Assembly: GCA_027592785.1 (NCBI GenBank)
Contig: JAQCLD010000002.1
Span: 45,000-108,999 of the forward strand
From: Acidobacteriota bacterium
GTDB lineage: Bacteria > Acidobacteriota > Terriglobia > Bryobacterales > UBA6623
Direction: 5' to 3'
Length of the DNA: 64,000 bases
Positions 32,440 through 41,554 of the stretch are shown here, in pieces (the first letter of the stretch is position 1; every line of letters starts with the position of its first letter). The notes beneath the pieces are model-generated. The model worked only from the letters and a program-made list of their open reading frames with translations. It was not told the DNA's origin and made no database searches. Made by a program: the position numbers and the translations under genes.

Positions 32440-32735
32440 GAAGCGTGCCCTACTGCTTATCATCGCCCCGCACCGTCTTTTGCGCCAAGTGTCTACAGCG
32501 AGGGATTGGATCGGCCGATAGCCGAGAGTGGACAGCAAGGTGCTCCATCAGGCCATTAAGGAGCTTCGTGCTGAGTTGGATCGGGTCAATTTGGCGATCC
32601 AGAGGATCGAGGTCATTGCCGCAGCCATCACTTTTGACGAGCAAGCCGGTAACGAGCCATGTGGGACAAAGAGTCAAATTGATAAGCCCGCCCGCGTCGA
32701 GAACTAAGCAGCCCCGACAGGAGCTCGCAGATCGT

Positions 32736-32969
32736 CTACTCGGAGAGGGGGGCGCGTTTGCGGGTAATGACCTTTTCGGTCATCAGGTCGATGACTGCGT
32801 CGCCGGGATAGGCTCGGTTCTTCTGATCGGAGAAATCCTCAGCGCGGATGACCGCTAAGTCGCCGTTGCGGTCGGCGTAGATCCAGTCTTGGTCGGAGAA
32901 CTGGCTCAGCAGCTCGCGCAAGGAGCCTACGGTCGTCGCCTTCCAAAGAAAATCGGTTCCAACCAACAT
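32736..32969 (-). CDS. small hypothetical protein (77 aa)
   Basis: ATG at 32969. Third-position GC is high and the sequence looks globular (LRELLSQFSDQDWIYADRNGDLAVIRAEDF). No family recognised. Confidence 0.5.
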   Translation of the reverse strand: MLVGTDFLWKATTVGSLRELLSQFSDQDWIYADRNGDLAVIRAEDFSDQKNRAYPGDAVIDLMTEKVITRKRAPLSE

Positions 32970-33024
32970 GAGGCTGCTGTGTCTGCTTGGAGAAGTGCGT
33001 CGCGGTTGAAGCCCGGCCTTGGGG

Positions 33025-33273
33025 TTAGCCGTCCGCGGTTTCGTTAGCCAGCTCAAGGGCCGCCTGAATATCGGCGGGCACTTGGTGTTCTTCGGAGCGA
33101 ATCGAGTCCAGGCCAGGGAGGCCAAGGTCTGCAGGATCCATCATCTCGATGGGTGCACCGAAGGCTTCGCCGGATGCTTTCCGCTCTTCCTTCTTCTCAT
33201 CCTTTGCTTTGCGCTTCTCGCGCTTCAGCATTTCACGTTGACGTTTCTGGAAACTGGTGCTCGGTCTACCCAA
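33025..33273 (-). CDS. small hypothetical protein (82 aa), basic N-terminus and acidic C-terminus
   Basis: TTG start. MGRPSTSFQKRQREMLKREKRKAKDEKKEERK is followed by an acidic tail. Third-position GC is only moderate, so the coding status is uncertain. Confidence 0.4.
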   Translation of the reverse strand: MGRPSTSFQKRQREMLKREKRKAKDEKKEERKASGEAFGAPIEMMDPADLGLPGLDSIRSEEHQVPADIQAALELANETADG

Positions 33274-33404
33274 TCAGCCCTCCTGCGGCGGCGCTTCGCA
33301 GCGGCATCCGTCTCAGATCACTATAACAAAGAGTCGTTAACTTCCCCCTTGAGAGCGGGCTTTCAGGCCTAAACGCGCGCTGTTTGCGTGCTAATGTGAG
33401 AACT

Positions 33405-33505
33405 GGGTTCCGGGCGCCGTGCAGTGGTACGCCGCCAAATCGGTCAGGTCCGGAAGGAAGCAGCCGCAACGGTCTCTGCCGCGTGCCGCGGTCCACCCGG
33501 AGCCC
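33405..33505 (+). ncRNA. ffs: signal recognition particle RNA, small (4.5S-like) type
   Basis: The universally conserved domain IV sequence GGTCAGGTCCGGAAGGAAGCAGCC is at 33442-33465. The terminal helix GGGTTCCGGG (33405-33414) pairs with CCCGGAGCCC (33496-33505). The location just upstream of dnaX is the classical ffs-dnaX-ybaB-recR synteny. The ends are approximate. Confidence 0.85.
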
Positions 33506-33601
33506 TCTACAGTCCCTCCAGCCGGTGCATGATACTATGCGACTTGCCTAGCGCCGCCGCCGGGGCTTTGAGCTTTCTTCTCGTCGCTAGGCCGCTCTTC
33601 G

Positions 33602-35308
33602 ATGTACCAGGTAATCGCTCGCAAGTACCGCCCCCAGCGGTTCTCAGACGTCGTCAGCCAAGACCACGTCAAGCAGACCATCTCCAACGCGATTCAGCAA
33701 AATCGAATCGGACACGGCTATATCTTTTCGGGGCCCCGCGGCACCGGCAAGACCACCATGGCGCGCATCCTGGCCATGTGTCTCAACTGCACCGACGGCC
33801 CCAGCAGCAACCCGGACCCGGACGATCCGGTCTGCAAAGAGATTGCCGCCGGCTCGACTATCGACGTCATTGAGATCGACGCCGCCTCGAACCGCCGTAT
33901 CGACGACATTCGCGAATTGCGAGAGAGCGTACGCTACCGGCCGGCGCGTGATCGCTTCAAGATTTTCATCATCGATGAGGCGCACCAGATCACCACGGAC
34001 GCTTTCAATGCGCTGCTCAAAACGTTGGAAGAGCCGCCCGAATGGGTCGTTTTCATCCTCTGCACAACGGAACCCCAGGCGATTCCGGCAACGATTCACT
34101 CGCGCTGCCAGAGCTTTCAGTTCCGAACGGTGGACTTGGATCAGGTCGTGGACCGCTTGCGCTGGATCTGCGGGCAGGAAGGCGTTGAGGCTGACGATGA
34201 CGCACTAGTGGCTATCGCTCTAGCAGGCGACGGTTCAATTCGAGACTCCGAGTCGACATTGGATCAGGCGATTGCCTCGTGCGGGGCCAAACTCGATGCC
34301 GACGCGGTCCGCGACCTGCTGGGCGCGATTCCGTCGGAGGTTTCGGAGCGAATTCTGAGGGCCTTGAAGGAGGGCGACGCTCCGGCCATGTTGGACGTGG
34401 TCGACCGTAGCTTCCGCGAGGGACGGCACTCGCAGCAGTTCATCGGCGAATTGTGCCGCCAATTCCGCAACCTCATGGTGATGAAGATTGCTGGTCCCGA
34501 GACGAAGCTCGTCGCGGCCGGGTCGAGCGAGAGAGGCCGCGCAGAGAAGGTACTGGCGGATTTCTCGCAAGAGGATTTGAGCCGCTATACCCAGATCTTG
34601 CTCGATCTTTACCGCGAGCTGCAGCATGCAACGCAGGCCCGTTTTCGCATGGAATTGGGACTGTTGAAACTGGTTTATGCTGGTCGCTTGCGGCCTTTGG
34701 AAGAGGTCATCGCGGAGCTCGGCGGGTCCTCGGCGCCTACGGGTGGCAGGCAAAGGTTCCAGGGTGATTCGGGTACCAGGCCGACGCGGTCCTCCGCAGC
34801 CGTCCGGCCGCCCTCGGCGACGGCCCCGAAGACGGCCCCGGAGCCCGTGGTCAAGCAGCCGAAAAAGGATCGGCCGGCGCCGTCGGCAACGACGACGGCG
34901 CCGGTGGACGGCTCCCTCAAGGCGCGTTTGCTTGAAGCTCTGAGGGATGCGGGCGAGGATTTTGCGGCGGACGCTCTCGATCACGGCGCCGTCGACGAAT
35001 CGGACTCCGGCGGAATTGTACGCCCTTCTCCGATGGATCGGACAACGATCGAGTTGTGTTGGTCATCGATCGACGCCGCCGCGAAGATAGCGGGTATCGG
35101 GCCGATCAAGTTAGGCGAAGATTCAGCGGAACGCAGCCCTGCCGTAGCCTTGCCCGAGGCTGGTGAGAGCACCGCCGCGAATGGGTTGCCTGAGACGGAG
35201 AGTGAAGCGGCAAAGCGAGCTTTGGCCGATCCGGATGTGCAGGCGTTCCAGGAGCGCTTGCCCGGACAGATACGAGAGATACGTAACTTGAGAGAATATT
35301 CATCATGA
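33602..35308 (+). CDS. dnaX: DNA polymerase III subunits gamma/tau
   Basis: MYQVIARKYRPQRFSDVVSQDHV, Walker A GPRGTGKTT, zinc module CLNC...C and FIIDEAH. The C-terminus is a Pro/Ala-rich tau region. Confidence 0.96.
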   Translation: MYQVIARKYRPQRFSDVVSQDHVKQTISNAIQQNRIGHGYIFSGPRGTGKTTMARILAMCLNCTDGPSSNPDPDDPVCKEIAAGSTIDVIEIDAASNRRIDDIRELRESVRYRPARDRFKIFIIDEAHQITTDAFNALLKTLEEPPEWVVFILCTTEPQAIPATIHSRCQSFQFRTVDLDQVVDRLRWICGQEGVEADDDALVAIALAGDGSIRDSESTLDQAIASCGAKLDADAVRDLLGAIPSEVSERILRALKEGDAPAMLDVVDRSFREGRHSQQFIGELCRQFRNLMVMKIAGPETKLVAAGSSERGRAEKVLADFSQEDLSRYTQILLDLYRELQHATQARFRMELGLLKLVYAGRLRPLEEVIAELGGSSAPTGGRQRFQGDSGTRPTRSSAAVRPPSATAPKTAPEPVVKQPKKDRPAPSATTTAPVDGSLKARLLEALRDAGEDFAADALDHGAVDESDSGGIVRPSPMDRTTIELCWSSIDAAAKIAGIGPIKLGEDSAERSPAVALPEAGESTAANGLPETESEAAKRALADPDVQAFQERLPGQIREIRNLREYSS

Positions 35309-35619
35309 AACTTCCCGGCGGCGGCAACATGCAGAAGATGATGGCTCAGGCACAGCAAGCCCAAGAGCAACTCAAACTGGAGATCGCGAAGATCCGCGTC
35401 GAAGCTTCGACCGGCGGCGGCATGGTCACGGTCAAGATGGACGGCAGTAAGCAGGTGCTCGGCGTCGAGATCGATCCCCAGGCCGCTGAAGACGTCGAGA
35501 TGCTGCAGGACATGATCCGAGGGGCCGTCAACGAATGCTCCAAGCGCGTTGACGAAGAGTCCCAAGGCAAGATGCAGGGTATGTTGAGCGGAATGGGCCT
35601 GCCCCCGGGCATGTTCTAG
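35305..35619 (+). CDS. ybaB: YbaB/EbfC nucleoid-associated protein
   Basis: MQKMMAQAQQAQEQL......V.ASTGGGMVTV...G.......ID. The ATG overlaps the dnaX stop. Confidence 0.93.
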   Translation: MKLPGGGNMQKMMAQAQQAQEQLKLEIAKIRVEASTGGGMVTVKMDGSKQVLGVEIDPQAAEDVEMLQDMIRGAVNECSKRVDEESQGKMQGMLSGMGLPPGMF

Positions 35620-35628
35620 ACCACCTGT

Positions 35629-36231
35629 ATGAACCCCGATCTGGCCGAGCCCATGTCCCAGTTGGTGGACGAACTGAAGCGCTTGCCCGGCGTTGGGCCC
35701 AAGTCAGCGCAACGGATCGCCTTTCACTTGCTGGGAGTCAATCGCGAAGAAGCCCAGCGACTCGCGGACGCCGTGACGCAGATGCGCGAGAAGATCCAGC
35801 TCTGCATCCAGTGCAACAACATCGCCGAAGGCGACCTCTGCCCGATTTGCCGCGATCCGACTAGAGACCGCACCACGGTCTGCGTGCTCGAGCAGCCCAA
35901 CAATATTATGGTGGTCGAGCGGACGCGCCAGTACAGCGGCCTGTACCACGTACTGCATGGGGTCATCTCCCCGCTGCGCAACATGGCCCCGGAAGACTTG
36001 AAAGTAAAGAACCTTTTGGAGCGTCTAAAAGACGGGGAAGTGGAAGAGATCATTCTAGCCACCAGCCCGACGACCGAGGGACAAGCGACGGCGGCTTATT
36101 TGATCCGCCTGCTGAAACCATTAGGCGTCAGCGTCAGCCGCATTGGCATGGGCATTCCGGTCGGCAGCGAGTTGGAATTCATCGATGAGGCCACGATGGT
36201 CGAGTCGATCGAGGGACGACGGAAGGTCTAG
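35629..36231 (+). CDS. recR: recombination protein RecR
   Basis: LPGVGPKSAQRIAFHLL, zinc finger C..C.....C.IC and a Toprim domain. Confidence 0.96.
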   Translation: MNPDLAEPMSQLVDELKRLPGVGPKSAQRIAFHLLGVNREEAQRLADAVTQMREKIQLCIQCNNIAEGDLCPICRDPTRDRTTVCVLEQPNNIMVVERTRQYSGLYHVLHGVISPLRNMAPEDLKVKNLLERLKDGEVEEIILATSPTTEGQATAAYLIRLLKPLGVSVSRIGMGIPVGSELEFIDEATMVESIEGRRKV

Positions 36232-36899
36232 GTTCGCCGTCTTCGCGCGATCGTCTCCGCGCTCACTCCGAGCTTGTAGGCTACGACGCATCCCATGTTG
36301 GTTACTGCTGCGTTCAGGGCGCCCAATCTGCGCCAACGCCGAGCCGAAGTTACAGCGGCTGATTCAGCGACTTCGATGCTCCCCACTTTCTTGAGCCTGC
36401 GGACTAATTCGTAGTCCTCCATGATCGGCAGAGCCGGGTAGCCTCCGATGCTCCTGAGGACGTCAGCTCGAACGAATATCGCTTGGTCGCCGTAAGGTAG
36501 CTCAAACATGCGGCAGCGCCAGGCCACAAGGCGCTCGATCCAACGGAAGCGTGCTCCAGGTCCATCGAGCTTGAAGCGAAAAGCCCCACCGGCTACGTGG
36601 GGACGGCTCAAGATCTGAGCAACGACATCCGGGTAGTTAGCCGGGAGTTTCGTATCGGCGTGCAAGAAGAGCAGCTCTTCTCCGCGGGCGTGCTCAGCGC
36701 CGACGCGCTGCTGCGCTCCTCGTCCCCTGGGGCTGATCACCACGGTTGCACCCGCCTGGCGGGCAATCTGCGCGGTGGCATCCGTACTGCCGCCGTCGAC
36801 GACAATCACCTCGGCGGGACGAGCGCGTCGCACCGCCTCAACGACCGCACCGATATTCTCCGCCTCATTCAGCGTCGGGATGATGACGGAGACACTCAA
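36228..36899 (-). CDS. small family-2 glycosyltransferase of the rSAM/selenodomain-associated (arsenosugar-type, TIGR04283-like) subfamily
   Basis: VSVIIPTLNEAENI, VVDGGSTD, LFLHADT and YGDQAIF. The subfamily assignment is from memory and is not verified. Confidence 0.75.
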   Translation of the reverse strand: MSVSVIIPTLNEAENIGAVVEAVRRARPAEVIVVDGGSTDATAQIARQAGATVVISPRGRGAQQRVGAEHARGEELLFLHADTKLPANYPDVVAQILSRPHVAGGAFRFKLDGPGARFRWIERLVAWRCRMFELPYGDQAIFVRADVLRSIGGYPALPIMEDYELVRRLKKVGSIEVAESAAVTSARRWRRLGALNAAVTNMGCVVAYKLGVSAETIARRRRT

Positions 36900-36908
36900 T
36901 AACCGGGA

Positions 36909-38459
36909 CTATCGCCTCCAGGCCAACAGTTTGTCAAAGATGTTCTTCACTGTTGGAGTCAGTCTAGTCCGGCTGTAGGCATCCGCAGCCTTCTTGATCG
37001 CCTCCGACTGCGTCGGATAGGGGTGAATCGTCTTGGCAATCGTAGCGAGCCCAGCACCAGCGTTCATGGCTAACGTGATCTCTGAAATACTCTCGCCGGC
37101 ATGGCGCGAGACCATTGTGGCGCCAAGAATCTGGTCGGTTCCTTTCTTGACGTGGACTTTGAGAAAGCCTTCGGTCTCACCCTCGAGGATGGCCCGGTCA
37201 ACCTGGCTCATCTCGATGCGGAACGTGTCTACTTCGATGCCTTTCTCTTTGGCGTCTTGCTCGTAGAGGCCGACGTGCGCGATCTCCGGATCGGAATAGG
37301 TGCACCAAGGGATATTCAACGCGCTCGTGCCGGAGCGGCCGAAGAACAGCGCATTTTGAATCACGATGCGCGCCATCGCATCGGCGGTGTGAGTGAATTT
37401 GTAGGGGAAGCAAACGTCGCCGGCAGCAAAGACATTGCTATTCGTCGTCCGCAAGCGGTCGTCGACCTGGACTCCTTTGCGCGGGTCGAAAGCGACGCCC
37501 GCGGCTTCGAGGTTAAGCGTCTCGACGTTGGGTTGGCGCCCTACGCCAACCAGCACCTGATCGAACTCTCGCTCGGTCGTTTGGCCCTCATGCTCCAAGA
37601 CGAGCACGCGAACCCCGCCCTGGCGGCGCACGGCCGTGATCCTCGCACAGCATTCGACCTCAACGCCGTCCCGTTCCAACGAATGCCGCACAAGCTCGGC
37701 GGCGTCGCGATCTTCCCGGCCCAGGATCTGGTGCCCTTGCTCCAACAAGGTGACCTTCGAGCCTAGCCTGGCGAAAGCCTGAGCCAATTCGACGCCGATC
37801 GGACCGGCCCCGATTACGGCGAGGCGCGCAGGCCGTTCCGTAAGCGAGAAGACGCTTTCGTTCGTTAACACGCCCGCTTCGTGGAGACCAGGAATCGGCA
37901 ACTCGACGGCACGCGCACCGCTTGCGATACAGGCCTTGCTGAAGACGAGCTTCTTACCGGCCACTTGGACCTCATTCGGTCCCGAGAACTTCGCATCGCC
38001 AATGAATACGTCGACGCCCAGGTCTTTGAAGCGTTGCGCGGAATCGTGCTTGCTGATTCCGGCGCGCAGCTTGCGCATGCGTTCCATCACGGCGGCGAAG
38101 TCGACCACAACACCTTCGGGAACGCGGACTCCGAAATTGCCGGCATCTCTCACGTCAGCTGCTGCCCGGGCCGCACGTATGAGTGCTTTGGACGGGACGC
38201 AGCCGACGTTGAGACAGTCGCCGCCCATCAGGTTCCGTTCGATCAGAGCGACTTTGCCGCCCAACCCAGCCGTGCCGGCAGCCGTCACCAGGCCAGCGGT
38301 GCCCGCGCCGATCACGACCATGTTGTAGCGCCCTGCCGGCTCGGGGTTGACCCAGTCCGGCGGGTGAACGTTTTGGCCTAATTGACGGTTGTACTCATCG
38401 AGTGGAGTCAGTTCGGGGATGGACTGAAGAGAGTCGCGGGGCGTCGTCATTGAGTTCAC
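36909..38459 (-). CDS. FAD-dependent pyridine nucleotide-disulfide oxidoreductase (MerA/Lpd-like, not a true mercuric reductase)
   Basis: YNMVVIGAGTAG, redox-active GGDCLNVGCVPSK, NAD site AVIGAGPIGVE and dimerisation domain HPYPTQSE. There is no C-terminal Cys pair and no NmerA domain. The GTG start shares one base with the upstream stop. Confidence 0.85.
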   Translation of the reverse strand: MNSMTTPRDSLQSIPELTPLDEYNRQLGQNVHPPDWVNPEPAGRYNMVVIGAGTAGLVTAAGTAGLGGKVALIERNLMGGDCLNVGCVPSKALIRAARAAADVRDAGNFGVRVPEGVVVDFAAVMERMRKLRAGISKHDSAQRFKDLGVDVFIGDAKFSGPNEVQVAGKKLVFSKACIASGARAVELPIPGLHEAGVLTNESVFSLTERPARLAVIGAGPIGVELAQAFARLGSKVTLLEQGHQILGREDRDAAELVRHSLERDGVEVECCARITAVRRQGGVRVLVLEHEGQTTEREFDQVLVGVGRQPNVETLNLEAAGVAFDPRKGVQVDDRLRTTNSNVFAAGDVCFPYKFTHTADAMARIVIQNALFFGRSGTSALNIPWCTYSDPEIAHVGLYEQDAKEKGIEVDTFRIEMSQVDRAILEGETEGFLKVHVKKGTDQILGATMVSRHAGESISEITLAMNAGAGLATIAKTIHPYPTQSEAIKKAADAYSRTRLTPTVKNIFDKLLAWRR

Positions 38460-40042
38460 TACTGTTGATTCAAAGCCCAGTCATAGTCGATCCAGTCGAT
38501 TCTGGGTTTCTTGCCCGTACTCAGAGTTTGCTGCAGAGCAGGCGAATAGCGAGCAGCGTTTTCCAGCGGCGATCCGGCCACTTGTGCGAAGTCGCCCCCG
38601 TACCAGTTGTAGAGCTGAGTGAGGCGGACCCGCGAGTCCCCGGGTTCGAAGCGGAACCAGCGCTGGCTGCCGTGAAGCAGTTTCGCTTGCTCTTCGAGCT
38701 GTTCGTTGATCCGCGAGCCGACATAGGCTTCCTGGCGCAGCTTGGGGCAGCCCACGGCGGCGCAAACCAAGGCGAAATGGATGCGCGGTTCAATGAACTT
38801 TGGCCGAATTTGCTCGTGTTCGATCTGGCTCAGACTGTAGGTTTGTCCCCCAATGATCCAGCGCTTAGCGTCCCAACGCTGTTTACTCGGGATGTCCTGG
38901 ATCGAGTCTACAGGGTAGTTGTCGAGGATCAGCTTGAGCGTGAAGGCGTTATAGGCGTTGATCAGCAGCGCCAGCTTTTCGTCTCTGCCGAGGTCGGGGA
39001 ACGGCGCGGTCGTGATGCTGGCGATGTAGTCGTCGAGGGACGTTTCTTCCTGGCTTAGGCCCTTGTAATCCACCAGACCCTCACCGTCGACGAAACGCGG
39101 CAGCAGCGCATTGAAGCTGGAGTGGTCGAAGCTTGGCCCGTCTGGCTTGGCCTCGTAGACTTCGGAAAGCTGAGTCTTGGGAGGTCCAAATAGTTGTGCA
39201 AGCATGCCGGGTACCAGGTTTGCGTAGAGGGCCGCGGAAAAGAAAAGGGCAGCCAGAGTGGCCATCAGCCACGGCGGTCGCCTTGCGGCCCCTGGGGCAG
39301 GGTCAACAGGCTTCGCATCAGGCGGCGGTTCGCTGAGAGCCGTCTGTTTGGCCAGCGCCTTCTGGGCGAGCTTGGTCACGTAGACGGTTACGCCGACCGT
39401 CGCAGCTAGGCCAATGCCGATCAGCGCCCAGCGCTGCGTGCTGACGCCGCCGCCCGATGCTGCCGCGAGGCCCTGTCCCCCGACGTAACCCAAATAGACG
39501 TAGAGCAGCGTCCCCGGCATCATGAAGACCGCGCTAGTTAGGACGCAGGGCCAGAAACGGATTGGCGTCAGGCCGTAGAGGTAGTTCTGCAGATTGAAGG
39601 GAATCGCTGGGGAGAGTCGCAACATGGCGACGATCTTCCAACCGCCTTCTCCGATCGCCCGGTCGATGGCTCCGAATTTCGGGTTGCTGTGGGCCATCTT
39701 GCTCACCTTTTCGCGGGCCACGTAGCGCGCGATGAGGAACGATAACGCAGCGCCTAAGGTGGCTCCGCAAATGACCGCTGCAAAGCCCCATCCGAGGCCG
39801 AAAATCGCTCCGCCAGCCAGAGTAAGCGCCGACCCGGGCAAGAACGCGACGGCCCAAACTGCGTAGATCAAAGCGAAAATTACCGGCCCCCAGGGGCCCA
39901 GCCCGGCGATCCAACTTTTCAGCGCCCCCAGCAATAAATCGATGGGCGCCGCGCGGATGACAAGAACGATTGCGGCCACGACTAGGAACAGGCTCACTCG
40001 CTTGACCCAGACGCTGATTCGGCGGTTTTGGGGACTCTTCAT
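38459..40042 (-). CDS. fusion protein: TVP38/TMEM64 (DedA-superfamily) membrane domain plus DUF547 domain
   Basis: The N-terminal ~230 aa carry the TVP38 pattern (FLPGSALTLAGGAIFG..G......GATLGA.LSFLIARY..R.........LRLSP.IPFNLQNY). The C-terminal ~240 aa carry the DUF547 pattern (LINAYNAFTL, SLSQIEHEQIRP...EPRIHFALVCAAVGCPKL). Confidence 0.8.
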   Translation of the reverse strand: MKSPQNRRISVWVKRVSLFLVVAAIVLVIRAAPIDLLLGALKSWIAGLGPWGPVIFALIYAVWAVAFLPGSALTLAGGAIFGLGWGFAAVICGATLGAALSFLIARYVAREKVSKMAHSNPKFGAIDRAIGEGGWKIVAMLRLSPAIPFNLQNYLYGLTPIRFWPCVLTSAVFMMPGTLLYVYLGYVGGQGLAAASGGGVSTQRWALIGIGLAATVGVTVYVTKLAQKALAKQTALSEPPPDAKPVDPAPGAARRPPWLMATLAALFFSAALYANLVPGMLAQLFGPPKTQLSEVYEAKPDGPSFDHSSFNALLPRFVDGEGLVDYKGLSQEETSLDDYIASITTAPFPDLGRDEKLALLINAYNAFTLKLILDNYPVDSIQDIPSKQRWDAKRWIIGGQTYSLSQIEHEQIRPKFIEPRIHFALVCAAVGCPKLRQEAYVGSRINEQLEEQAKLLHGSQRWFRFEPGDSRVRLTQLYNWYGGDFAQVAGSPLENAARYSPALQQTLSTGKKPRIDWIDYDWALNQQ

Positions 40043-40089
40043 GCTCGAAGCGCTTCTATCCTTTGTATTCGTCGACGGCCGAACGTAAG

Positions 40090-41304
40090 TTACGGAGAAT
40101 ACGCCTTAGGATAGTGCGCTTCTCTGGCCGGTCGCGAAGTTTTTGCTTCCGCGGCGTCCGGGAACGAGTGAGCCGTTTTCGCCCACAACAATGGTTTCTT
40201 ACCGAACTTGGCGCCGAAGAAAACTCGCAGCGCCATGTAGGAAGCGCAGAAATTTATCACGTTCGCCCAAGGCATACGGAGCGGCGCGAATGCCGCATGA
40301 CGCCAGCCGTAGATGGTCCAGCCGAATCCGGTACGCAGGGTGAGGCGCCAAAGGACCAGCCCAGCGTTAGCCCAGAGCAGGGTCTCCAGCCAGGGTCTTT
40401 GCGAAATGGCGGCGCCAACGGCCCAAGGCGTGCCGTAGAAGCAAGCCGACAGCCAGCGGAGCAGGCCAAACAGGAATAGACTGGCGGCGAGGAGATTGGG
40501 TAGCTGGTTGAGTAGGCCTTTGCGGTCTCGCCAGAACCAATAGAGTTGCCCCGGCGCCGCGCGCCAACCGAAACGCTCCCAGGCCTGCAGGTTGTTTCCC
40601 GTGATCCAGCGTGTGCGCTGGCGAACGGCCGCTTTGAACGTGTCGGGGAAGTAGGAACGGCTGGCGATCAGCTCCCGCGATTCCGGACTGCGGGCGTAGG
40701 AGAAGGCTTGCCGGAAACCGAGCCGCTGCACTTCCAAGCCCAGGAAGTAATCTTCGGTGAGGCTTCGAGGGTTGAAGACGTCCTCGCCGCGCAGAATCCG
40801 CAATCTCTCGATGACTTCACGCCTCAGGGCCGTGGCCACTCCGGCGGAGGGAATGAAGCCGCCGAAGGCGGACCTGACGCGTAGATCCTTACAGTGAAAT
40901 TCCGCGAATTCGTCAGCATAGACGCCGTGAGTTACGTCCGAGGCTGGCCTGGCCAACGGCAAGACCGGCAATTGGACCATATGGTTTTGCTGCAGCAGTC
41001 GCGCCGCCTCATGCAACTCGTAGGGGTGAATTACGTCCTCTGCGTCATGGAACAAAAAAAGGTCGTAGCGGATCCCCGTACGCTTCTCCCGCGAGAGAAT
41101 GCCCCGGATCAACTGGTTCACGTTGTCGGCCTTCGTCGTAGGTCCGGGCTGAGAGCCGACCACCCAGTGGATCTTTTCCGACAGCAGGCTGGCCCTGGTT
41201 GCCGCGAGTATCGAGGGCTTGTCGTTCGGATAAAGGCCTAACCAGATGTCGTAGTTGCGGTAGCGGATGTTCTGGAGGTTTCGCTGCAGCATCCGCTCAA
41301 GCAC
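40090..41304 (-). CDS. processive family-2 glycosyltransferase (NfrB/PgaC/BcsA-like synthase); the ORF as tracked lacks its true N-terminus
   Basis: Synthase motifs are present: FHDAEDV (DxD), SLTEDYFLG (TED) and QRTRW (40606-40620). C-terminal TM helices follow. The GT-A first strand PRVAILAPCWQEQAV lies in frame upstream of the tracked GTG. See the 41410-41511 fragment and the TAG finding. Confidence 0.8.
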   Translation of the reverse strand: MLERMLQRNLQNIRYRNYDIWLGLYPNDKPSILAATRASLLSEKIHWVVGSQPGPTTKADNVNQLIRGILSREKRTGIRYDLFLFHDAEDVIHPYELHEAARLLQQNHMVQLPVLPLARPASDVTHGVYADEFAEFHCKDLRVRSAFGGFIPSAGVATALRREVIERLRILRGEDVFNPRSLTEDYFLGLEVQRLGFRQAFSYARSPESRELIASRSYFPDTFKAAVRQRTRWITGNNLQAWERFGWRAAPGQLYWFWRDRKGLLNQLPNLLAASLFLFGLLRWLSACFYGTPWAVGAAISQRPWLETLLWANAGLVLWRLTLRTGFGWTIYGWRHAAFAPLRMPWANVINFCASYMALRVFFGAKFGKKPLLWAKTAHSFPDAAEAKTSRPAREAHYPKAYSP

Positions 41305-41409
41305 TGCCTGCTCTTGCCAGCAAGGCGCAAGGATGGCAACGCGCGGCTCGCCGGTTCTCTGCTGGTCGCCGGGCGAACTCGTCCCTCGCCACCCTCGCAG
41401 GAGTAACTA

Positions 41410-41511
41410 AAACCAGCTCAAGTCAATGACTAGATCGTCAAGACCGCTCGCGAAAACCCACACGGCAAGGGGTGCGAGGAGCTCCAGTGCCAAGCGGTCG
41501 GGAAACCACAT
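41410..41511 (-). pseudogene. 5-prime fragment of the same synthase gene, separated from the rest by an in-frame TAG (41407-41409)
   Basis: ATG 41511 gives MWFPDRLALELLAPLAVWVFASGLDDLVIDLSWF, then TAG. The same frame continues LLLRGWRGTSSPGDQQRTGEPRVAILAPCWQEQAVLERML into the tracked ORF. The N-terminal TM helix plus a GLDDL.ID motif is what I recall for NfrB-like proteins. Confidence 0.6.
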
Positions 41512-41554
41512 AGAGACCAAAGGGAGCTATCAGCCGGAGCGTAGCACAGTCGCC

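Noticed and set aside
30555-32441. A 628 aa plus-strand ORF antisense to lpdA. Similar long antisense ORFs occur at 7420-8475, 9653-10561, 12772-13728, 5936-6559, 38402-39058 and 17103-17897.
   Set aside because: These are shadow ORFs typical of GC-rich DNA. Their translations are low-complexity (Arg/Gly/Ala/Asp-rich) with no recognisable motifs, while the opposite strand encodes unmistakable conserved proteins.
34859-34867. Possible dnaX programmed -1 frameshift site (CCG AAA AAG) at a position similar to the E. coli tau/gamma site.
   Set aside because: The heptamer is G AAA AAG, not A AAA AAG. There is no nearby stop in the -1 frame, and I see no obvious downstream stem-loop or upstream SD-like enhancer.
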